IMG/VR virus record: IMGVR_UViG_3300008255_000321
Location: 1 to 31,915 of that record
DNA: 31,915 nt
Reading direction: 5' to 3' (one strand)
Source: a virus
Lineage: Duplodnaviria > Caudoviricetes
A model generated the notes under the pieces. The model was not told the origin of the DNA. It saw only the letters and a program-made list of their open reading frames with translations, and ran no database searches. Both the position numbers and the translations under genes were made by a program. Shown here in pieces: positions 1 through 6,998 of this stretch. The stretch's first letter is position 1. Every line of letters begins with the position of its first letter.

Positions 1-184
1 AATGGGCAAATTCGTCTTCGTCCACCACCACCAGTGACCAGACCCCCAGCCGCAGATCATCGGCGCTGCGCTGGTCGATGGGCACAAAATCGCGGCTCAC
101 CGGGCGATGGGTGGCGGCGGCGTCGACCACGGACTGCAGGGCGGTTTGCAGGGCATCCATGCGGCTGTCGGTGGTGTCGGTCAT
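1..184 (-). CDS. Partial phage tail-completion/terminator-like protein (runs off the window edge)
   Basis: Hand-translated ATG at 184 (MTDTTDSRMDALQTALQSVVDAAATHRPVSRDFVP...), 3 nt after the upstream stop and open to base 1; position after an HK97 gp10-like gene. Confidence 0.5.
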   Translation of the reverse strand, partial: MTDTTDSRMDALQTALQSVVDAAATHRPVSRDFVPIDQRSADDLRLGVWSLVVVDEDEFAH

Positions 185-187
185 CGG

Positions 188-676
188 TCAGACCACCGCC
201 CGCTGCATAGCCTCGGCCACCGCGGCATGTGCCAGCTGGCTGATCCGCGGGGTCATCTGCTTTAGTGCGGGTTCGCGCCAGGGCTGGGCCGGGGTGCCGT
301 CTCGGTATATTTTGCGCTGTATCACATAACGCAGGTCGGCGTCGGTCATCGCTGGGTCGTGGGGGCTCAAGTTGGCCAGGCCCAACCACTCGTCCATGGC
401 TGCATCGGGTACCCAGCCGCCGGGGCCGCTGCCCTGGTCGGTGTAGCGGCCATAGTGCATGCTGGTGCCCACATGCCAGGTGTCGGCATCAATTTGCTCG
501 ACCCCGGTGGCGTTTCTCATCTGGCTGGTGGCTTTGGGTTGCTCGCGGCCCATGGCCCTGGCCAGTTCAAGCGCGCCGCGGGCCATGCCTTTGCGCAGCC
601 CTGCTTGCGCCAGCAGCGGGGCTTTGTCAAACGCCGCGGCGATCGCCGGCGCGTTGCTGTCAATTCTGACGTGCAA
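188..676 (-). CDS. HK97 gp10-like tail-completion/neck protein
   Basis: TSQMRNA..., VGTSMHYGRYTDQGSGPGG and GTPAQPWREPAL motifs typical of the gp10-like family; context after head-tail adaptor. Confidence 0.7.
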   Translation of the reverse strand: MHVRIDSNAPAIAAAFDKAPLLAQAGLRKGMARGALELARAMGREQPKATSQMRNATGVEQIDADTWHVGTSMHYGRYTDQGSGPGGWVPDAAMDEWLGLANLSPHDPAMTDADLRYVIQRKIYRDGTPAQPWREPALKQMTPRISQLAHAAVAEAMQRAVV

Positions 677-1094
677 GGGCCTTCGCCTGGACGTTTTTCT
701 GCCAGCTGCGATTAACTGTGTAACCCAGATAACCGGTGCCGAACAGCGCCCACATTTCCGTGGGAATCGCCGCCAGCCATGCTTCCATGCCGGCGGTAAT
801 GTTGGCGGCCACCCCTGGCCAGATCGCGTAAACCACGCCCATGGGGATCGACGTTAAAATCATTAAATACATGACATAGAGAAAGCTCGGCCGCGCCCGG
901 CTGGTCCAGGGGTCTTCGCTGGCCCCTTCCACAAAAATAGCGTTTAGCTGCAGCGCCAGGCGTTTCATGTCGCCGTTTTGTTCCAGTTGGGCCAGGGCGC
1001 GTTCAGCCTCCGCCCGTTTTTCAGGGTCGGGGAAAATCCGGGCAATCAAATCCCTGCCCATGCCTAACACGCCGCTAACCAGTGCTGGATTCAT
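660..1094 (-). CDS. 3-TM holin (GTA_holin_3TM-like family)
   Basis: LIARIFPDPEKRAEA, DPWTSRARPSFLYVMY and LFGTGYLGYTVNRSWQK motifs; hydrophobic segments. Confidence 0.85.
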   Translation of the reverse strand: MNPALVSGVLGMGRDLIARIFPDPEKRAEAERALAQLEQNGDMKRLALQLNAIFVEGASEDPWTSRARPSFLYVMYLMILTSIPMGVVYAIWPGVAANITAGMEAWLAAIPTEMWALFGTGYLGYTVNRSWQKNVQAKALARQN

Positions 1095-1115
1095 CTTTTT
1101 TAGCTCTCAAAAACC

Positions 1116-1149
1116 AAAAAAGCCGGGCACCCGTAAAGGTGTCCGGCTT
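1116..1149 (-). terminator. Hairpin + U6 leader/terminator, copy 1 (21 nt upstream of holin ATG)
   Basis: Minus strand AAGCCGGACACC-TTTACG-GGTGCCCGGCTT followed by Ts; 32/34 identical to 9626-9659. Confidence 0.75.
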
Positions 1150-1171
1150 GGTGTTGCGCCTTTGCGGGCCG

Positions 1172-1199
1172 ATTCTACACTCTTTCTACTGCCGGGCAA
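1172..1199 (-). promoter_or_regulatory. Sigma70-like promoter candidate upstream of the holin leader
   Basis: TTGCCC-16 bp-TAGAAT on the minus strand; same architecture as 9685-9712. Confidence 0.45.
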
Positions 1200-1202
1200 G
1201 GG

Positions 1203-1829
1203 TTAGCGTTTCTCAAACTCCGTCATCAGTTGCCGGGCCAATGCCGCCGGGGTGCTGTTGCGGGGCGCGCCGCTGACGCCGTCGCGCACGGTAATCGGTT
1301 TGTTAATGCTGCGCAGGGCCAGTTCGGCGGCGACCTCGGCCTGGGCGCGCAGCAACAGCAGGCCGCGATCTTCCGGTGTAATGGTGGTGTCGGCGGCGGT
1401 GTCGCTGATGCTGTGTACAGCATGATAGGTGTACACAAACTGGTCAGTCAGGCAGGCTATTTGCTCGGTGGTCGGGGTCGGCCGCAGCCATATTTCGCGC
1501 AGGTTTGCGGCAGCGGTGCGCACCCGCAGCAGCGGCATCGGGCCGGGGTAGCGGCCATCCCAGCGGTTATATTTCGCCCGCTCGGCACTGCCCCAGTCGG
1601 TGCCGACAACCTGCATCAGTCCGGCAGGCGCCGGGTAGTTCGGCTGGTCGGCCACCAGGGTGAGGGTGCCGATTAACACCAGCGGGCGACGACGGCCAAA
1701 ATCCTGGGCGGCAGTGTCTAAAAACCGGGCCATGGCTGCGTGCTGACCCTGGCTTTCAAACCGGTCGGCGGCCTCCCCGATCGACAGGTGCAGGCTCTCC
1801 ACCAGGCTGTCACGGCTCATGTCTGTCAT
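1203..1829 (-). CDS. Putative head-tail adaptor/connector protein
   Basis: TLTLVADQPNYPAP and IWLRPTP motifs as in phage adaptor proteins; position before the neck genes. Confidence 0.6.
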   Translation of the reverse strand: MTDMSRDSLVESLHLSIGEAADRFESQGQHAAMARFLDTAAQDFGRRRPLVLIGTLTLVADQPNYPAPAGLMQVVGTDWGSAERAKYNRWDGRYPGPMPLLRVRTAAANLREIWLRPTPTTEQIACLTDQFVYTYHAVHSISDTAADTTITPEDRGLLLLRAQAEVAAELALRSINKPITVRDGVSGAPRNSTPAALARQLMTEFEKR

Positions 1830-1842
1830 CGCTACGGCTCAC

Positions 1843-2160
1843 TCATGGATTTTTTACCGGGAAAATCGCAAAGCCGTGCAGTATCTGCGGCTTGTCGGTC
1901 TGTATTGAGCATTTAAGCCGGTACTCCACGTAATCAATCAATGGCTTTACTTTTTGTGTGATTTGCGCGCCGACAATGCTGGCGCTGCCGCTAATCAGAT
2001 CCCCGGGGCTGGGGTCGGTGCCTTTAACCACCGCATCAACGCTCCAGGCGTTGCCCACCACGCTGGTAATGGTCTCGCCGACGGAAAGTTCCTGGCTAAA
2101 ATCGATGGTCAGCACCAGTTCCTCGCCGGGGCTGTGTGGGTCAAAGCGTTTCGTGGTCAC
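1843..2160 (-). CDS. Small virion structural protein (fibre/adaptor-like, beta-rich)
   Basis: DPHSPGEELVLTIDFSQELSVGETITS...YRLKCSIQT pattern seen in small phage structural proteins; operon context. Confidence 0.55.
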   Translation of the reverse strand: MTTKRFDPHSPGEELVLTIDFSQELSVGETITSVVGNAWSVDAVVKGTDPSPGDLISGSASIVGAQITQKVKPLIDYVEYRLKCSIQTDKPQILHGFAIFPVKNP

Positions 2161-2175
2161 GGCGTCTGTCCTGTG

Positions 2176-3189
2176 CTAGTGCAGGCTGCGGCGGCGGGCG
2201 ATCATTACCAGCTCGCGCACCCGGTCGTCGAGGATGACTGTGCGTAGGCGGCCGGCCAACACAATGCGCGCCTCGCCGGGCAGCAGTCCAGCAGTGACCA
2301 GCACCACCGGATTAACTGCCGCGGCCGCCGCAGACGCCGAGTTCGGTGTCAGGGCAAGCCCACCCAGCACCACCAACGGGCCAAACGCCTGCGCGCTGGC
2401 GGTGGCGGTGGCGGTCAGGGTTAATGCCCCCAGGGCTGTCGCCGGGTCAGCGCCGGCCGCCATCGCGCTCGCCGCCGCCGGGTTAAGCAATAGCCCCCCT
2501 TGCAGGGTCTGCGGGTCGGGCACTGCAGCGAGGGCCGCCGCCGGGGGCGGCACGATTAACAGCGCCCCCTGGATGGTCTGCGGGTCGACTGCCTCGCCCA
2601 CCACAGCGGCAGGAGCAGGGTTTACGGAAATACCCGCCCCGGCTATTACGCCTGGATCAAGCGCGGCGGCCAGCGCTGCCGCCGCTGCCGGGGTTAAGCT
2701 CAACGCGCCAAGTTCAGCAGCCGGGTCAGCGGCTGCCGCCACCGTCGCAGCAAAGCCGGGGGACACGTTCATACCGCCCAACGCCACGGCCGGATCAAGC
2801 ACGGCGGCCAGCGCTGCCGCCGCTGCCGGGGTTAAATTCAACGCGCCAAGTTCAACAGCCGGGTCAGCGGACCCCGCCACCGTCGCAGCAAAGCCGGGGG
2901 ACAGGTTCAAACCACCCAACGCCACTGCCGGATCAAGCACGGCGGCCAGCGCTGCCGCCGCCGCCGGGGTTAAATTCAACGCGCCAAGTTCAACAGCCGG
3001 GTCAGCGGACGCCGCCACCGTCGCAGCAAAGCCGGGGGACAGGTTCAAACCACCCAACGCCACGGTTGGGGTAGTCGTCCCCGCCGTGGCGTTGGCTGGC
3101 GCCGGCGTTACCGTAACGCCCCCGGCGACTGCCTCGGCAGCAACCGACCCAATCGGTTGCGTGCCCAGCGATCGAATACCAATACTCAC
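2176..3189 (-). CDS. Ala/Pro-rich repetitive virion fibre-like protein
   Basis: 337 aa with ~23-aa periodicity and three near-identical 46-aa units; start overlaps the upstream stop. Confidence 0.65.
   Translation of the reverse strand: MSIGIRSLGTQPIGSVAAEAVAGGVTVTPAPANATAGTTTPTVALGGLNLSPGFAATVAASADPAVELGALNLTPAAAAALAAVLDPAVALGGLNLSPGFAATVAGSADPAVELGALNLTPAAAAALAAVLDPAVALGGMNVSPGFAATVAAAADPAAELGALSLTPAAAAALAAALDPGVIAGAGISVNPAPAAVVGEAVDPQTIQGALLIVPPPAAALAAVPDPQTLQGGLLLNPAAASAMAAGADPATALGALTLTATATASAQAFGPLVVLGGLALTPNSASAAAAAVNPVVLVTAGLLPGEARIVLAGRLRTVILDDRVRELVMIARRRSLH
2652..3065. repeat. Three tandem 138-bp repeats inside the Ala-rich gene
   Basis: gccgccaccgtcgcagcaaagccgggggaca recurs at ~2735, 2873 and 3011 (period 138 bp). 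Confidence 0.9.
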
Positions 3190-3737
3190 ACCGCCTCCAG
3201 GCCCGTGATTGCCGTGCCAGCAATGTCCTCCAGCCCAGTGCTGGCCTTGTCGAGCGCCACCTTGGCTCCCCGCCTGATCTGCTCGATATTGGCGGCGAGC
3301 TGTACCCAGGCCCCCGAGGTTGCGAGTATGTAATCCGAGGCGGCCTGCGCTGTCCCGCCCCTGGCGGCCTGCTCCGCCGCTATCATCGGGTAGGGTGATA
3401 GGTCGGCCGGATACCCGGCGGCGGCGTGGGCCTCTGCCTGTAGCCGTTTGAGCTCATAAGTAATTTCCTGCCCGGGCACCGTAGTAATGTAGCGCTGCCG
3501 GGCCTCCCCGGCGGCAACATCCACCAGTGAAGCCAGCCGCTGGCGCTCAGCGGGCAGCGGATCGTAGGCGTCGATCTGCGCCTGTACGGTCGCAATCTCC
3601 GCCTCGTCGGTCACCAGTCCTGCTGGGCCATACAGCTCCCAGTCCCCGCTTTTGCGGCGAACCGAATAACCGATTGAGGCCAGGAACTCATCGTGGCTAA
3701 GGGTTTTTTGGACAAAGGTAATCAATTCAACCCCCAC
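3186..3737 (-). CDS. Tail-fibre assembly/chaperone-like protein
   Basis: VDVAAGEARQRYIT.PGQEITYELKRLQAEA...YPMIAAE motif common in genes following phage fibres. Confidence 0.6.
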   Translation of the reverse strand: MGVELITFVQKTLSHDEFLASIGYSVRRKSGDWELYGPAGLVTDEAEIATVQAQIDAYDPLPAERQRLASLVDVAAGEARQRYITTVPGQEITYELKRLQAEAHAAAGYPADLSPYPMIAAEQAARGGTAQAASDYILATSGAWVQLAANIEQIRRGAKVALDKASTGLEDIAGTAITGLEAV

Positions 3738-4573
3738 ACGGCCGGCCCGGCGGTCTGCGGTGCCCAGCCACCGGTTGGGCTAAGCGACGCGGGCATAGCC
3801 CCCGGCATGGCACTCTCCACCCCGCCGCGCAAAAAATTATAGGTTTGTCCCGGATTGGCAGAGCCGAACGGGGTCGGGCCGACGTATCCGGTCACTGCGC
3901 TAGTCAGCGCGGCATTGGCGGTGGAGATGTAAACGATGCGCACGTTACCACGGGGCAAATAGATACCGGAGTCCAAGGTAAACGTCACGGTGCCGGCGGC
4001 GTCTATAAGCTCGGCTGCGCCGGACTGCGCCAGCAATTTGCCCGGTGTTGCGTCCGACGCGGGGGCGTAAATGCCTATGCGCATGGTCGCCCCGGCGGTG
4101 GCTGCGGAGGAGACACTGACACTGGCCTCTGTGTACTCCCCCGGCCGCGTAACCTCGTAATGGTCAGCCCCGTAGCGTAGAGTTTGGCTGCCCAATGTGC
4201 TGCCAATCCGGTTTATGTGCGGGGAGATTAGCCCGGTCACGTCGCCGGTATATAGATCAGTATCCGGCAAAAACAGCATATCCGCCGTGGCGCTGATGCG
4301 CAGCTCGCTAGTACCGGATTTGGTGATAGCCGTCAGCGCGCCGCTGTTGGCGTAGGTGCCGGATTTGAGCGTGGCGGTAATGGCGTCCACGGCAAACGTG
4401 CCGCCGCTGGTTTTGTGGCCGAATCCCCACTCGCGGTCATTGCCGGACTTGATCTCGTAGGGGACCAGCACGTCCTGCACCAGGGCGGCGACGCCAGCAA
4501 ACCCGGTAACCGAGGTGACGGTATAGGGGCTGGTCGTCGAGGTGGTTTCGAGGCTGACTGCGTTGGCTAGCAT
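3722..4573 (-). CDS. Fibre/receptor-binding-like structural protein
   Basis: Thr/Gly/Ser-rich; N-terminal LANAVSLETTST...DREWGFG anchor-like segment; C-terminal beta-sandwich-like MRIGIY...PGKLLAQSG. Confidence 0.55.
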   Translation of the reverse strand: MLANAVSLETTSTTSPYTVTSVTGFAGVAALVQDVLVPYEIKSGNDREWGFGHKTSGGTFAVDAITATLKSGTYANSGALTAITKSGTSELRISATADMLFLPDTDLYTGDVTGLISPHINRIGSTLGSQTLRYGADHYEVTRPGEYTEASVSVSSAATAGATMRIGIYAPASDATPGKLLAQSGAAELIDAAGTVTFTLDSGIYLPRGNVRIVYISTANAALTSAVTGYVGPTPFGSANPGQTYNFLRGGVESAMPGAMPASLSPTGGWAPQTAGPAVWGLN

Positions 4574-4576
4574 GGG

Positions 4577-5008
4577 CTAGATCAGCCCGGCGGCCACCAT
4601 TGCCGGGGTCAGGTTGCGCCAGCTAGCGGCGTGGCTGGTTTTAGCCTCCGGAAGACCCGCCAGCCGGTATTTTTTGCCCACCAGTCGCACCCGCAACATG
4701 CCCTGCAACACCTTGGCGCTGCCGGGCAGCTCTGAGCGCATCGCCGCCATTTGTTCGTAGGTCATGCCCTCGGCCACCATCTGGCCGGCGGCGTCGCGCA
4801 GGCCGTAATTAAACAGCCGTCGCTGGAGGATTTCGGTCACCCATTTGCGGGCAACTTCGGCGCTGTCCTGGTCGGCTTTTAATTTCAGCGCCTTGAGCAC
4901 TTCGGTATAGGCTTTGTCGCTGTCAACTACCACGACGCCGCCCTGGTTATCGGTGCCGTAAATGGCCCAGTCGGGCAGGTTGTTCTGCTGGCTCTCTGAT
5001 AACTTCAT
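4577..5008 (-). CDS. Hypothetical phage protein
   Basis: 143-aa ORF with AGGAG RBS, tightly packed in the operon. Confidence 0.6.
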   Translation of the reverse strand: MKLSESQQNNLPDWAIYGTDNQGGVVVVDSDKAYTEVLKALKLKADQDSAEVARKWVTEILQRRLFNYGLRDAAGQMVAEGMTYEQMAAMRSELPGSAKVLQGMLRVRLVGKKYRLAGLPEAKTSHAASWRNLTPAMVAAGLI

Positions 5009-5016
5009 GGTTGCTC

Positions 5017-5475
5017 CTATACGTTATTCAGTCTCATTTCGCAGTCCTGCAGGGTCAGTGGCTGGGTGTCCGAAACGGTGCGATCGCTCACCAGGTCAAA
5101 CCAGGTCCATAGATCCCTGCTGCCGACAAGCCCGGTGCCGGCAAGCCCGGCATAGCGCGCCCCGCTACCGGACACCGGCAGGTTGCCGCCGCTGGCGGTC
5201 CAGGTGATGTCTTTTATCTGCACCAGGGCGCGGTCGTTGGTGTCGTCCTCGGTGAGCACGTCAAAGTCAGTGGCGTTGCGGGCGATCGATACCCCCCCGG
5301 CGGTGTAGCCATTGCCGGCCGCGATTTCGGTGAGGTCGCCGTCGAGATTGCTGTCTGGTCCGGGGGCAAAGGCGCTGGTGAACAGTTGCAAAAAGAAATT
5401 GGCCGGCACAGAGACACTGGCGGGGAACAGTATGCCCAGCATGTTGTATTTGCCGCGATTGGTTATTCCGCCCAT
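5017..5475 (-). CDS. Virion structural protein (EIAAGNGYTAGG family)
   Basis: EIAAGNGYTAGG and DITWTASGG motifs common in phage fibre-associated structural proteins. Confidence 0.65.
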   Translation of the reverse strand: MGGITNRGKYNMLGILFPASVSVPANFFLQLFTSAFAPGPDSNLDGDLTEIAAGNGYTAGGVSIARNATDFDVLTEDDTNDRALVQIKDITWTASGGNLPVSGSGARYAGLAGTGLVGSRDLWTWFDLVSDRTVSDTQPLTLQDCEMRLNNV

Positions 5476-5966
5476 CAGTGAGTCCTCGTTAATTCAAAAT
5501 GGTCGATAAATTCAGCTTCGGTACCGGCACCCAGCTCAGTGTTCCAGTGTTGTTTCCAGTAGGCCGCCAGGCCCGGCACGTCATTGGATGCAGGTAGCGG
5601 TTCCGGTACCCGGCGTAACTTGATTCGTGCCATGGCGGTGGCGTAATAGAGATTGCCGCGCATGGTCTCGGCCATCGGCCAGCGGCCGTCGTAGTCACTG
5701 TCGAGCATCATTGTTAGCGGCCAGACACGGGCGGCCACGGCTGGCCGGTAGGTCAGCCAGTTGCTCCATTGGTCGTCATGCACCCAGCCCTCCATCTGAT
5801 AAATGCCCATCGCCGGGCCGGTGGGGTGCTGGTCTAAAAACTGCCCCAGCAGACTCTCTTGCGCAGCAATACCCAGCAATAACTGTTCTGCCGCCGCGCT
5901 GCGCATCCTCAGTTGCCGTAACACCGGTTTAATCACGAATTCCAGCAAGTGGTCGGGCCGGATCAT
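5475..5966 (-). CDS. Endolysin candidate, lysozyme/transglycosylase-like fold
   Basis: AEQLLLGIAAQES catalytic Glu motif, GPAMGIYQME, NLYYATAMAR, LAAYWKQHWNTELGAGT. Confidence 0.75.
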   Translation of the reverse strand: MIRPDHLLEFVIKPVLRQLRMRSAAAEQLLLGIAAQESLLGQFLDQHPTGPAMGIYQMEGWVHDDQWSNWLTYRPAVAARVWPLTMMLDSDYDGRWPMAETMRGNLYYATAMARIKLRRVPEPLPASNDVPGLAAYWKQHWNTELGAGTEAEFIDHFELTRTH

Positions 5967-6166
5967 CGGGTCACTTTTTCAGGCGAGGGAGGGGGCCCCA
6001 GCAGGCACAGCCGCGGGGCATGGCACCGGGTTGTTTCAGCGTGGGTAATGGTCTGTTCGGCGTCGGCCAAAGCCTCGTCGGCGTCGGCTTTAATGTTGGC
6101 TATTTCTGCGTCCAGCCGCGCGCAGCGGGGGGCAAAAAACCGTTTTATTTTCCCCGGCATCTTCAT
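5963..6166 (-). CDS. Small hypothetical protein in lysis region
   Basis: 67 aa, overlapping start/stop with both neighbours; short coiled-coil-like stretch. Confidence 0.5.
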   Translation of the reverse strand: MKMPGKIKRFFAPRCARLDAEIANIKADADEALADAEQTITHAETTRCHAPRLCLLGPPPSPEKVTR

Positions 6167-6378
6167 TATTTTCGGTCCATTAGCACCGCCAACACCTTGT
6201 CGAGTTTGGTCACCGTGTCGGTGAGCGCGCCGATATACTGCCAGGCTACCTTGCGGTCGCTGCGGTGGTCACGGTACATCGCCACCAGAGCAATCAGCGT
6301 AAACGACAGCATCAGTGCCAGGGTGGCAATGACGATGTTCTCGCTGCTGATCAATGCGCTTAACCCATCCACCGGCAT
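6166..6378 (-). CDS. Small single-TM membrane protein (holin/antiholin-like)
   Basis: Hydrophobic IVIATLALMLSFTLIALVAMY; two genes upstream of the endolysin; AGGA RBS. Confidence 0.55.
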   Translation of the reverse strand: MPVDGLSALISSENIVIATLALMLSFTLIALVAMYRDHRSDRKVAWQYIGALTDTVTKLDKVLAVLMDRK

Positions 6379-6396
6379 GGTCCTGCAATAGCAGTT

Positions 6397-6439
6397 AAAA
6401 AAGCCGGCGACAGGGGGAGAGGATGAGCCCCCGCCGCCG
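6397..6439 (-). terminator. Rho-independent terminator after the capsid genes
   Basis: Minus-strand GC stem CGGCGGCGGGGG...CCCCCTGTCGCCG followed by GCTTTTTT. Confidence 0.65.
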
Positions 6440-6450
6440 ACAGTGGGTTG

Positions 6451-6942
6451 TTACTCCGGCGGCGTCGACTCGCCACCGGGGGGAAAAGCCTGGTCGCGGG
6501 TATCCGCTAGCACCCGCCGCACCACCGGATCTTCTTCGCCTTGAATGGCGCTGTTGAATGCGTCGGCGCTGTCAGCGTCCGCCAGGGCGGTTAGCTGTTC
6601 ATCAATGCGGGTCTGTCGCGCAGCCAGCTGTAAGGTAACTTCCTCGATCGCGGCAATTACGCCCTTGCGGGTGTTGCCGTTGTTCTCGGCCTCCACCAAC
6701 CGGGCCAGCTCGCCCATGTCGAGCAGGTCATCGGCGAGGCGCTGGGCGATCGCTTCAATAAATTTAGGCACACTCTGATCCAGCAGGGCCAGCAGCGGGT
6801 CCACCGGCTCTGCCACGGGGGCGGCACTAGCCACCGGCCCTAGCAGGGATTCTTCGATCATCCGCGTTTCGCCGGGGGGTATCTCTTTGCCGCCGCGGTG
6901 AATGGTGCCCTTGCCTGTGTTGGTAACCGGGACTCTTGCCAT
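6451..6942 (-). CDS. Hypothetical head-associated protein following the major capsid gene
   Basis: LARLVEAENNGNTRKGVIAAIEE motif typical of small proteins downstream of capsid genes. Confidence 0.6.
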   Translation of the reverse strand: MARVPVTNTGKGTIHRGGKEIPPGETRMIEESLLGPVASAAPVAEPVDPLLALLDQSVPKFIEAIAQRLADDLLDMGELARLVEAENNGNTRKGVIAAIEEVTLQLAARQTRIDEQLTALADADSADAFNSAIQGEEDPVVRRVLADTRDQAFPPGGESTPPE

Positions 6943-6998
6943 GTTTTTAACCTCTATCTATTCAGCAATGGTTGTTAACTTATTGGCTAAACGGGCTG

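Noticed and set aside
2234-3208. 324-aa plus-strand ORF, and many other long plus-strand ORFs (e.g. 22724-23566, 27500-28279, 8536-9165)
   Set aside because: Antisense shadows of GC-rich minus-strand genes; no RBS or recognisable motifs
3186-4573. Diversity-generating retroelement or shufflon acting on fibre genes
   Set aside because: No reverse transcriptase, no TR/VR pair and no inverted fibre cassettes seen in the window
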